A stretch of DNA of 24,333 nt from a virus (lineage: Duplodnaviria > Caudoviricetes). A model generated the notes under the pieces. It was not told the DNA's origin and did no database searches. It saw only the letters and a program-made list of their open reading frames with translations. The translations under genes were made by a program, and so were the position numbers. The stretch covers positions 1-24,333 of IMG/VR virus record IMGVR_UViG_3300044723_007737; one strand, given 5' to 3'. This document shows positions 17,201 through 24,333 of the stretch, one piece after another (position 1 is the stretch's first letter; each line of letters begins with the position of its first letter).

Positions 17201-18975
17201 CTCTGTAAGAAGGCTCTGTTCATTTCTAATAAGCGTTGTGCATTAGGATTTCTTGGACCTTGTTCAACTTGCTCACATGCGTATCTAATAGTTTTAAAAG
17301 GTCTATCAAGTGTAGAACCATAATCTGGATTAGGAAGATCAACTCCATGTGGTGCAACATAATAAACTTGATCAACTTGACCAAGAGCAGTCCACGTAGG
17401 TAATTCCCCATCTGAAATTAAAACTTGTCCAGTTTTACCAATCGGTAATCTTGTAGGTCCTGATCCTGAATAATAAACTAAGTCACCTCTTGTAGATAAT
17501 ACAGAAGTGTCGTTTCCTATTGAAAGAACATTCCAGTAATTTCCTGCTGTATCTTGATCTGGTCTTGAATTTTCTGCGCCGCCGCCTTGTTCGCCGATTG
17601 TTGATCCATCATCTGCTTCCGAACGGTGATTTTGTATACAAATATATGCGTTATCGCCAAATCTTACAGCATCGCCAAGTCTATATTCTGCATCATCCGT
17701 CCATGTGCCTTGCCAAGCAATACCACTGTTTAATCTGTTCCAATTGGATGCGTTTGGTGGTAGAACCGCTGCGACAGCAGTTAGTGATCCTGTGGCTGTT
17801 GTTGGCGTAAAGTCAGTTCCGCCTAAAGTCGTGCTTATCTTAAATGTCGTTGCACTATCTATAGATGTAACATAGTAAGTTGCATCGGTAGAAATATTAC
17901 CAAAAGATGTTCCTGTAAACTGTATTGACATCCCTATAGATAAATCTGCTGTATCGTCAGCAGTAAAGATCTTGCTCGGACCGTCTGTTGCAGTGACAGT
18001 TATCGAAGCACTAGGACTATCAGCAATACAAATATATGTATAGCCTCTCAGGCTTACAACTTGTCCTATTTTATACGAAGTAGAATTAGTCCATTCGTTC
18101 TGCCAATCTATGCCTTCGGATAATAAATCCCAATCAGTTTGTCCACTTGTGGTTGGAGTAGTTCCTGTGTGATTTGTTTTTGCAACATACTGATTACCAC
18201 CATATGTTACGATATCACCAATTTGGTATAATGTAGCAGCATCATGGTCACCTTCATATTCGAAACCTTCTACAAACTGACTCCAATATCCTGATGTAGT
18301 ATCTGCTGCAAAATCAGCAGTAGATGTGTGTGCTAAAATACAAATCCATAGACCTGCACCTCTTTTTACAACATCATTAACTTTATATCTAGTGCCATCA
18401 ATCCAATTATTTTTGTATTCAATTCCAGGATTAAAAGTATGCCAATAACTAGGCTGAGACTCTAGGCCGTCTGCTATTGAGGCTGCTGATGTGTGTCCTA
18501 TCTTGGCAACATAAGTATAGCCGCCGTATCTTACTAAATCGTTTACTTTGTATCTAGTTAGTATAGACCAATCTTCTTTCCAGTCAAATCCTTCGGCATA
18601 CAAATCCCATTTTGCTTGATCTGCTTCTAATCCTGTTGCTGCTTCTGCTCCTGCTGCACCGGTGCCTAAACTTGCATTTGAAGTATGAGAAGTGTTAGCA
18701 AGATAAACTAGTCCGCCGTATTTTACGACATCGTTTTGTTTGTAAAATGTTGATGCTGTCCAGTCTCCCTTCCATTCCTGGCCATCACTCATTTGATCCC
18801 ATCTAGTAGGAGAATAAGTTAAATCTACATAAAAATCATTATCAGAAACGTGTGAAACAGCACAAATATATGTGCGGCCACCATATCTAATCACATCATC
18901 AATGTAATACTGTGTGGATGCAGACCAATTGTCCTTCCAAACAAATCTAATTCTACCTAGTTTAAACTCTGCCAT
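11245..18975 (-). CDS. Giant multidomain virion protein (2576 aa; tailspike/baseplate appendage-like)
   Basis: Seven N-terminal CBM5/12-like repeats (W...T.Y...D.V.YGG..Y.C...H); pectin-lyase-like beta-helix signatures (YYVAP.G.D...PFKTI.YA, V.AG.Y.E.LPI, SPYVQN.TTFG, NDFTQV); four helical C-x-[RQ]-D repeats; three ~65-aa beta modules; Asp-box repeats (S.DGG.TW); C-terminal domain shared with the paralogue. Confidence 0.9.
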   Translation of the reverse strand: MAEFKLGRIRFVWKDNWSASTQYYIDDVIRYGGRTYICAVSHVSDNDFYVDLTYSPTRWDQMSDGQEWKGDWTASTFYKQNDVVKYGGLVYLANTSHTSNASLGTGAAGAEAATGLEADQAKWDLYAEGFDWKEDWSILTRYKVNDLVRYGGYTYVAKIGHTSAASIADGLESQPSYWHTFNPGIEYKNNWIDGTRYKVNDVVKRGAGLWICILAHTSTADFAADTTSGYWSQFVEGFEYEGDHDAATLYQIGDIVTYGGNQYVAKTNHTGTTPTTSGQTDWDLLSEGIDWQNEWTNSTSYKIGQVVSLRGYTYICIADSPSASITVTATDGPSKIFTADDTADLSIGMSIQFTGTSFGNISTDATYYVTSIDSATTFKISTTLGGTDFTPTTATGSLTAVAAVLPPNASNWNRLNSGIAWQGTWTDDAEYRLGDAVRFGDNAYICIQNHRSEADDGSTIGEQGGGAENSRPDQDTAGNYWNVLSIGNDTSVLSTRGDLVYYSGSGPTRLPIGKTGQVLISDGELPTWTALGQVDQVYYVAPHGVDLPNPDYGSTLDRPFKTIRYACEQVEQGPRNPNAQRLLEMNRAFLQREVSSYLEYQVDNAAGGSIWENFDYDEYKCERDLGYTIDRLIWDLGHGGNLKIRAAALSFVNGFSADGEFSAASEDKVYGGAGLAAEAEQSVAAYTYLETIIGSVLANTAPATAYQNADDSSAVAAQYIDEDYTTEAGVTTTVGTLLKIITDTITAGDTSKIPERVVPNVVINVKAGSYKEVLPIIVPAETVILGDEVRSTNVAAAKASDRTTDISDSFYTIDTFERLSAIIGDVVSGTAVTPTPGNTTAQDQTWPVADDSETSVETIKLVDVMKEQVDSRLGTKHTTNLTEPVGYNTSYLVGYGTAKKNILENKKFFQEEVAQYITNNYPTLKYNKTKCKQDVGFIIDALSYDLTYGGHFQTLNAAKAYWDGNSSVSALSASTVTETIAAYEFLKTTLGNVVRDLAPPALQDTIPQFRNADAGAAARTFVEDTFQIVLNTIAGDSTGADLPNTTVSSISSNVITTLADHGLQVGDSFIPLETDKNLVKDTKYWVASIPATDELTISETFGGSTFTLLDGSGLSIPAHKEDYPAVTDGVSSTTALITAAETLDAQQEALVTLVDSYISTEYPDLVYNEAKCKRDTRLILEAVMFDFMLGNAAANADSTNFATHIAGLSYLRSTASDVYTLGQKAATRASYKYLAGVIAGDTATYLNSDATAAARVELLMDKLDTIFFGATNEGNVCATELRVRDYARLKLEQNRTFIQDEIAAYIDGTFSDTATNTTVTTNVITITDTSWLKRNTAIKFTGTGFGGVEVDTTYYVQDVVSATTFTIGTTRYATTAVTLTTATGSMGLELVYDSALCARDVGTYIDALKWDLQWTSNYRSRYVARYYANAVLGSQEEDFYYLRNGTGIRNQTMDGLNGSLLPENAYGTSRVSAGAYCSLDPGWGPADFRTWIVARSPYVQNNTTFGYAAIGQKIDGALHDGGNDSIVSNDFTQVISDGIGAWVANNGRAELVSVFTYYSHVGYLATEGGRIRGTNGNNSYGDFGSVAEGFDGSETPNTAIVDNQLQYKATVDSATTDGENEFLQFEYGNAGIEYTDINWGLFGAGVNAAAEQDKEFRDDGAFTVRLLDNVDDSTTAPEAEGNFGGFGYITNSNTSQGGTTTQITLAATDSETSLAYVGMRVYLTAGTGVGQVGTIATYNSGTKIATVTKPSDGTAGWDHIVAGRTIVAPDASTTYTVEPRVSFTAPPFSTTAKTLTTTTTWADITYSGITESFENTSQGTTSGNGTGATFDITKRGTKYLVRLDAGGTGYARLDTITIDGSNLGGITSTNDIDITITSINSATGAILAFDQSGVGAGGNFVALPSASGNTVNYSVDGTTWAAATTLPVSTTWTSLAGGRLTLTETAGEFVTGRSYTIVNTGDTPWSAIGSSSIVAGTVFVATGVGTFTSTAGTATPNAERIIAIAGGSGIDDTTFSEDGGVTWTAGGNLPSTGSWSDVGYGAGKWMAVKSGSNEAAITLDGGATWTATDASLPSSTTWVSVAYGGGYWVAVSDTDAVAYSADSGATWTAGSGLSSSQWGSVTWGNNRFVAVSSTNGTLAAYSLNGATWVETTLPSTGEWQHVEYGQGVFLAVTATAAAATSPDGITWTARTLSTAANGFTASAFGNPQQTGRFISIGRTSTDIASDTRTGATTQARAFVATEKIFAIRITEPGSGYTSTAPTITITDPNNTFEAPTSVRIGKGLLGQPSWTNRGTGYVSGSAAVDTGDGYADFFQSGSFIAVRRLTKVPPVGSNVVFGHLPARTFKLVQVLSLLGSNDGSYTAFLQVAPDVTVFDSPVNETTVTMRIRYSQVRLTGHDFLDIGTGNFAETNYPGTPTQNPVQLQETQESNSGRVFYTSTDQDGNFRVGELFTIEQSTGVATLNADAFNISGLQELSLGEVTLGGNSASVTEFSTDPFFTENSDNIVPTQRAIKSFINSQIGGGGAALNVNSVTAGFILINNNQITTTTGAVIEMKATFNFQGGVTGYPLAFNYFLT
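11741..11814. repeat. 74-nt direct repeat copy 1 (copy 2 at 19557-19630)
   Basis: Manual alignment: 69/74 identical, first 31 nt exact. Confidence 0.85.
14309..14344. repeat. 36-nt exact direct repeat copy 1 (copy 2 at 22080-22115)
   Basis: gtaaacactgatactagttcagctctaccgttattt in both giant paralogues (encodes NNGRAELVSVFT). Confidence 0.85.
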
Positions 18976-19018
18976 TTTCTTTTCCGTTTGTTATGTTATA
19001 TTTATGCAAATTACTCAT
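18962..19018 (-). CDS. Putative 18-aa upstream ORF (MSNLHKYNITNGKENGRV) overlapping the giant gene start out of frame
   Basis: TAAGGAG-TGACT-ATG directly after the upstream stop; ends at TAA 18964-18962, 14 nt inside the 2576-aa gene. Confidence 0.4.
   Translation of the reverse strand: MSNLHKYNITNGKENGRV
18999..19006 (-). promoter_or_regulatory. Late-promoter-like box CATAAATA for the 2576-aa gene
   Basis: In the 52-nt intergenic gap, 23 nt upstream of the ATG at 18975. Confidence 0.6.
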
Positions 19019-19027
19019 AGTCACTCC

Positions 19028-22000
19028 TTATTGGTCAAATGATCTAAAGAACATTGTTTGGGCTATCATACTACCACTTATTCCAGATTCTTCACCTTCA
19101 AATTTCATTAATTTAGGGAAAGTAACTTCTAGTCCTGCTACATTTGAAATTTCTCCAGGACCCACTTTTACAGTTCCTGCAATAAAGCTCGCTGTAAGTA
19201 AATCTGATCCACCAACGTTCAACCTGTTCTGTAAATATGATGCAATTGCTCTCTGTGTTGGAACAACATTATTACTGTCCTGGGTAAACAGAGGATCTGT
19301 TGAAAATTCTCTAACAACTGCACCAGAGCCGCCTAATCTTACACCGCCCAATGCTAATTCAGTTAACCCTTGGAAGTCAAAGAAGTCCGCACTAATTGTT
19401 ACAATACCTGTAGCCTGTTCAACAGCAAATAATTCACCGCAACGGAAGTTACCGCTTTGGTCGGTTGATACATAAAATACTCTGCCGCCGGCTGTCTCAT
19501 AAACTTCATTTTCAGGAGCATATGTAAATGCTGCTCCATCGGCATAGATAGCAGGATAGTTAGTTTCAGCAAAGTTACCCGTTCCTACATCAAGGAAGTC
19601 ATGCCCTGTAATTCTAACCTGTGAATATCTTTCTCTAATTTCTACTTGAGATGTATGTTCTAGGAAATCATTAAGTGTTAATTTAGGTGTTACTCTAAAG
19701 GTTGCAGTCAATGTTCCATCTAGTGCTGGATCAAATGCTTCATTTACAACTGATTGAACTGTGTAAAAGTTAACGGTATCTCCTCTAAATCTAAATTGAG
19801 CACCCGGACCAGGAATTAATTCTAGCCCGCTAATACTAAGATTTTGACCGTTTGGTAGTATGTCAGCAAATCCGTCTCCTAAAACTTCAACAGTGGTCGA
19901 ACTTGTTCTATACCCAACTCCTCTATTAATCCACCCAGGCTGTGCCAATACAGCATCTCCCGTTCGCATTTCAACATATGCGTCTGATGTGTTTTTTGGA
20001 TCAATAATTTCTAGAGTTGGTCCAGAAGATCTGTAACCGCTTCCTGGTTCCCATAATCTAACTGTTTTTATGTTTCCGCCTTCTGTGATAATTCTTCCTC
20101 TAGTTTTACATCCTGTGTAAACTTTCTGCCCAACGTTTGTCGAACCTTCAGTAAGTGCTACCCAAGTTCCTGTGCTATTTGATTGGGTTGTTGAGTCACC
20201 TAGTGTTATGTCAGGATTTCCAAAGCCTATCGCTCCATAATTTTGTGCAGATTCAAACTGTCGTTCGGTCCAATAATCACCACCATATGATGTTGCGGCA
20301 AATGTTGATTCTTCTGCAAGTAAGTCTGCTCCTACTTCTCTACTTCCGGTTGATCCAACAGCAAAGAATACACCCTGTCCATATCTTATTTGTTTCCAAA
20401 AGTGTGCAGTTGATCCGTCCTGCGAAGGCATTGTTGCACCAAACCAATCTTGCGCATCAAGACTATATCCAACATCGCCAGTGCTTGAAACTACTACCCA
20501 TCTGTTGTTACCGTATGCAATTGATTGCCAGTCCTTAACAGAACTGTCAGCAATAACATCCATGATAGTTGTTGACCAAGTCCATACGTCAGTAACATAA
20601 TTGTATTCGCCAATTGCTGCAAAATTTCCACTATTAGCAACTGCTACAAATTTTCCTTTACCATATGCAACACCGATCCATTGGTTGAATGAGCTATCAC
20701 CGATATCTGGCAATGTTGTTTGTGTCCAAGTTATTCCGCCGTCTCTGCTATAAACTGCTTTGTCTCCATCTTCTGCCACAGCAAGGAACACTCCTCTTGT
20801 GCCGTAGGTGCCGCCTAAATTTCCATGTGTTATTCCTGTCCATTGTCCTGAAACTGGAAGTGTTCTAGTAGTCCAAGTGCTGCCGTTTAGTGAATAAGCA
20901 ACACTATCAGATGCCTTTCTTATTGCAACAAATCTATTATTACCAGCAGCGCCATGATGTATCCCGTTGCCAGCAAGTAAAGAAGTATCCCAAGTTTCTG
21001 CATCAGAAGAATATGCAAGTGTGTTACTGGTTAGTGGTAATGCCACAAATTTTCCACTATTTCCTGTTCCTTCAAAATCAAAAGATGTAATAGAGTTGGT
21101 GCTATCATCAGAAACAGTTCTGACCGTTATTATAATATCATGTTCAGTGTCAACACCGCCTAAAACCGATCCATTAATTGTAATGATCTGGCCTGCTTCA
21201 TACCCAGCACCTTTTTCATCTATTGCAACTGTATACTTTCTTCCTACTTTTACAATATCAAAAGTTGCTGGAACTGGTGTAACTCCTATAACTTCTCCAG
21301 TTCCTGCAGATCCTGCTATGTTATTATACACTTCTTCAGTTTCGCCATATACTATATCGTTCCAAGCCTGTGTAACTGGCAGTGTAATATCACTAGCAAC
21401 AAATCCTGGATCAGAAAATACTGGTCTTGGTTCGAATCTATAAGTGTTGTCTGTGAATAATCGTTCACGTATCGGTGTTCCTGGAATTACGTGATCCCAA
21501 CCTGGCTTACCGTCTGATTCTCTTAAAACATTAACTACTAAGGTTATTGGATTATATGAATCTACATATCCATATTGTCCTGCACCCTGCCCGGAAGTAA
21601 TTAGCAATCTTAATCCTAATAATTGTGCTTCGGTGCTATTATCATTAGTTGCAAGAGTTAAGGTAGTAAGTGTTCCTAACTGTGCGTTGTTACCTATGTT
21701 TGAATATCCGCCAGCACCTTCAGTTCCTCCTGAATCTCCAGGAGCATTTTTAACCAAAGCCTGAAAAACCGAGTCATCCCTTATTTCTTCATGAACTACC
21801 GAAGCATTAACACCCGCACCTTGGAATGAGTATGAAGCGAACGAATAGTTTTCACCTGCATGATTATATTCTAATATAAGGATTTCATCATTAACTTCGC
21901 CAGCAAATGCTGATGCTACTTCGGCTTGTTCAACTCTGTTATTAACTTCAGCAAATCTAGGAGATTCAGTAGGGTCATTACCGTCAGCAACTGAACCATA

Positions 22001-24333
22001 ATCACCATAAGATGAGTTACCGTTGGTTGCTCTAATTACACCACCGCGTTCAGCAAACATACCAATCTGTGCATAGTAAGTAAACACTGATACTAGTTCA
22101 GCTCTACCGTTATTTAAAACCCAAGCACCAACTCCATCACTAATTACCTGTGTAAAGTCATTTGATACTATTGATTTATTTCCACCGTTATGTAAGGATC
22201 CATCAATTTTTTGTCCCACACAATTATCACCAAATGTAGTTACATTCTGAACGTATGGCGAACGTGTAGTTATCCATGTTTTGTTATCGTCTGGTCCCCA
22301 ACCTGGATCAAGTGAAACAAATGATCCGCCTGTTGGTCTTCTATAAAGTTCAAAAACATTTGGCGGGTTTAGTGTTCCGTTTAGTCCTCTTACTGTCATG
22401 TCTCTAAGACCAGTTGAATTTCTACAATAGAACATGTCATCCAATTTACTTCCTAAAACCGAATTGGTGTATCTTTTTGCTTCTCGAAGTGATCTATAAT
22501 TTCCTGTATAATAGATGTCATATCTAAATGCATCTACTAATTTAAGCATGTCTGCTAAAATTTTAGCACACAATTCATCTGTGTATTCTGGATATGTTAC
22601 TGAAATATATTTTTCTACTTCTGTTGCTAAGAAAGTTCTGTTTCTTTGCATTATTAAACGAGCATTAGCAATCATATCCGATGTTGTTGCCGTATTTGAT
22701 CCCGAAAGAGTAGGATCAACTCCAGACGAATCTATTCTAAAGTTAATGAAAGAAATTATCTCAGTAATTTTACTTTGAATTGATGTTGCAGTTCCAGCAC
22801 TAACGTAATCATCAAAGATTTCAGCACCAGAAATATCGTCGCCGCCTACATACTGCTTTGGATCAAATGATATATCCGCTAACCCTTCGGTAGAAACATT
22901 TTGTGTTTCTGTGTTTCCAGGAGTCCTAGTTATAGGAGTTAAACTTAAAACATTTTGAATAATACCGCTAAATCTATTAAGTGCCGCTATTCTTATCAGT
23001 CTGTCCGATGTTGCATACAATGAATCATTTGGTTTTACGATTGTTGAACGTAATTCTACACCTTGGACCGCTGTTCCTGCTGGAATTACAATCGGTAATA
23101 CTTCTTTATACTCACCTGCGGCTACTGATATTTTTGTAAAATTACTATCTTCTCTTGCTTCTACATGCTCGCAAGCAAATCTAATTGTCTTAAATGGTTT
23201 GAAAGGATTAATACCTCTGTTAGCATCTGTTTCGTCATCAACTCCATTAGGTGCTACATAGACAAATTTTGCAACATTACCCCATGTATTGTAACCTACG
23301 CTTCCTTCTGCATCTACCTGGACAACTTGATCTTCTTGACCTATTGGAATGTTAGTTGGTCCAAATGTGCTGGTATCTCCTGCTAATCCTCTTGAAAGAT
23401 CGTATGTTAACAAATCTCCCTTATTTCTTAATCCAACATTGTCGCCTGCAAGTAAAACTAGATCCCAAAAAGTAAAACCAGAACCGTTGTCTCCTGGATA
23501 ATTATCATTGCTTGATGTGTGTGTAGTATTATTTCTATAAACACTTCCGATAAAATCAACTAAATCGCCTATCTCATACTCTCTGTCTATGTTCCATGAT
23601 GATTTCCAGTCAATACCCTTGACTGCTAATTCCCAGTTTGAAGCGTCTAGATAATCTAATGTTGATCCATCAGCAGTAATCTCAGTATCTAGCAATGCTG
23701 TATAGAGATTTCCACCTCTTCTTACTAAATCTCCAGTCTTGTATGATTCCGAAGCGGACCAATCACCTCTTAAATTAGTTGCTTTAACTAATACGGACCA
23801 TTCCGGAGCAGGTAGTGGATCACTGTATAATGATAGAGCAGGATTATCGCCAATGTTAGTTATATTTGCTCTATAAGTGTATCCGCCATGCCTTACCACA
23901 TCTCCTTCTGCATAATAAACTAATTCGTTCCAAGAATCATTAAAACTGTTTCCTGGAAATTCAATAACAAAATTTGCTATTTCAATATTTGCCGACGATG
24001 TATGATTACCAGTGACTCTGAATATTGAGCCTCCATACTTAACTAAATCATTTTTTCTATATGTTATTCCGGCGCTCCAGTTGCCTACATAATCTATGCC
24101 TTCATAAACTACTTCCCAATGTTCGCCTAAACTATCGTCTTCAGAATCATTATTTCCGACTTCAATTCCCTGAATAACAGTTCCTGATGTGTGTTCAACT
24201 ATACATTTATAAACAATACCGTTGTATTGAATAACGTCTCCAACACCGTATCTAGTGTTTACTGCCCATGCTTCTCTCCAAGAATATAAAGAAACATAAT
24301 CTGCTGTCTTAGTTGCGTTGGCTAAAAATGTAG
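19028..24333 (-). CDS. Giant virion protein, paralogue of 11245..18975 (5'-partial, >1760 aa)
   Basis: The frame stays open from 23899 to the window edge (TFLANATKTADYVSLYSWREAWAVNTRYGVGDVIQYNG...), adding more CBM5/12-like repeats. Same domain order and shared motifs (PFKTIR.ACE, SLDPGWGP.D, NDFTQVISDG, GHDFLD.GTGNFAETNYP). Confidence 0.9.
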   Translation of the reverse strand, partial: TFLANATKTADYVSLYSWREAWAVNTRYGVGDVIQYNGIVYKCIVEHTSGTVIQGIEVGNNDSEDDSLGEHWEVVYEGIDYVGNWSAGITYRKNDLVKYGGSIFRVTGNHTSSANIEIANFVIEFPGNSFNDSWNELVYYAEGDVVRHGGYTYRANITNIGDNPALSLYSDPLPAPEWSVLVKATNLRGDWSASESYKTGDLVRRGGNLYTALLDTEITADGSTLDYLDASNWELAVKGIDWKSSWNIDREYEIGDLVDFIGSVYRNNTTHTSSNDNYPGDNGSGFTFWDLVLLAGDNVGLRNKGDLLTYDLSRGLAGDTSTFGPTNIPIGQEDQVVQVDAEGSVGYNTWGNVAKFVYVAPNGVDDETDANRGINPFKPFKTIRFACEHVEAREDSNFTKISVAAGEYKEVLPIVIPAGTAVQGVELRSTIVKPNDSLYATSDRLIRIAALNRFSGIIQNVLSLTPITRTPGNTETQNVSTEGLADISFDPKQYVGGDDISGAEIFDDYVSAGTATSIQSKITEIISFINFRIDSSGVDPTLSGSNTATTSDMIANARLIMQRNRTFLATEVEKYISVTYPEYTDELCAKILADMLKLVDAFRYDIYYTGNYRSLREAKRYTNSVLGSKLDDMFYCRNSTGLRDMTVRGLNGTLNPPNVFELYRRPTGGSFVSLDPGWGPDDNKTWITTRSPYVQNVTTFGDNCVGQKIDGSLHNGGNKSIVSNDFTQVISDGVGAWVLNNGRAELVSVFTYYAQIGMFAERGGVIRATNGNSSYGDYGSVADGNDPTESPRFAEVNNRVEQAEVASAFAGEVNDEILILEYNHAGENYSFASYSFQGAGVNASVVHEEIRDDSVFQALVKNAPGDSGGTEGAGGYSNIGNNAQLGTLTTLTLATNDNSTEAQLLGLRLLITSGQGAGQYGYVDSYNPITLVVNVLRESDGKPGWDHVIPGTPIRERLFTDNTYRFEPRPVFSDPGFVASDITLPVTQAWNDIVYGETEEVYNNIAGSAGTGEVIGVTPVPATFDIVKVGRKYTVAIDEKGAGYEAGQIITINGSVLGGVDTEHDIIITVRTVSDDSTNSITSFDFEGTGNSGKFVALPLTSNTLAYSSDAETWDTSLLAGNGIHHGAAGNNRFVAIRKASDSVAYSLNGSTWTTRTLPVSGQWTGITHGNLGGTYGTRGVFLAVAEDGDKAVYSRDGGITWTQTTLPDIGDSSFNQWIGVAYGKGKFVAVANSGNFAAIGEYNYVTDVWTWSTTIMDVIADSSVKDWQSIAYGNNRWVVVSSTGDVGYSLDAQDWFGATMPSQDGSTAHFWKQIRYGQGVFFAVGSTGSREVGADLLAEESTFAATSYGGDYWTERQFESAQNYGAIGFGNPDITLGDSTTQSNSTGTWVALTEGSTNVGQKVYTGCKTRGRIITEGGNIKTVRLWEPGSGYRSSGPTLEIIDPKNTSDAYVEMRTGDAVLAQPGWINRGVGYRTSSTTVEVLGDGFADILPNGQNLSISGLELIPGPGAQFRFRGDTVNFYTVQSVVNEAFDPALDGTLTATFRVTPKLTLNDFLEHTSQVEIRERYSQVRITGHDFLDVGTGNFAETNYPAIYADGAAFTYAPENEVYETAGGRVFYVSTDQSGNFRCGELFAVEQATGIVTISADFFDFQGLTELALGGVRLGGSGAVVREFSTDPLFTQDSNNVVPTQRAIASYLQNRLNVGGSDLLTASFIAGTVKVGPGEISNVAGLEVTFPKLMKFEGEESGISGSMIAQTMFFRSFDQ

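Noticed and set aside
18993-19475. Plus-strand ORF similar to the ORF at 11351..11671
   Set aside because: The similarity only mirrors the paralogous C-termini encoded on the minus strand.
11741-19630. The 74-nt repeat pair as a DGR template/variable region
   Set aside because: Mismatches are not confined to adenines of one copy, both copies encode a conserved motif, and no reverse transcriptase is in the window.
23897-23899. Track start of the 1623-aa ORF (and start 75 of the first ORF)
   Set aside because: Both frames stay open to the window edges with continuing homologous sequence, so the genes are partial.
1-24333. Stop-codon reassignment, tRNAs, introns/inteins
   Set aside because: Code 11 gives near-complete coding density using all three stops, the intergenic gaps are mostly too short and show no cloverleaf, and no intein or homing-endonuclease motifs were recognised.

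Overview
Virion-morphogenesis region of a large T4-like (myovirus/jumbo-type) tailed phage, probably aquatic; the host cannot be determined from this window. It reads in the standard genetic code and is very densely packed. Left to right: the 3' part of a gp15-like tail completion gene, a degenerate Nudix-fold gene, a small ORF, and a fibre-like protein ending in a cupredoxin-like domain. Next is an AT-rich accessory island (~3.6-9.06 kb) with two intact 2OG-Fe(II) oxygenases, an internally deleted third one, a flavin-dependent (PrnA/VirX1-type) halogenase, a DUF6065-like gene, a Cys-rich 54-aa ORF missed by the ORF track, and a pair of unannotated paralogues. A minus-strand run of structural genes follows: a Gly-rich protein, a fibre protein, a small virion protein and two giant paralogous proteins (2576 aa, and >1760 aa running off the right edge). 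T4 late-promoter-like boxes (NATAA[A/G]TA) lie in most intergenic gaps, three placed to give leaderless mRNAs. Best leads: (1) phycobiliprotein-like C-x-R-D helical repeats inserted in the beta-helix of the giant virion protein; (2) a late-promoter-driven halogenase/oxygenase cassette embedded among fibre genes, possibly a virion-tailoring system; (3) a type-1-copper-like domain on a fibre; (4) a strong-SD uORF overlapping the giant gene's start. Family assignments come from motif recognition by eye, not database searches. No tRNA, rRNA, CRISPR array, integrase or reverse transcriptase was seen.
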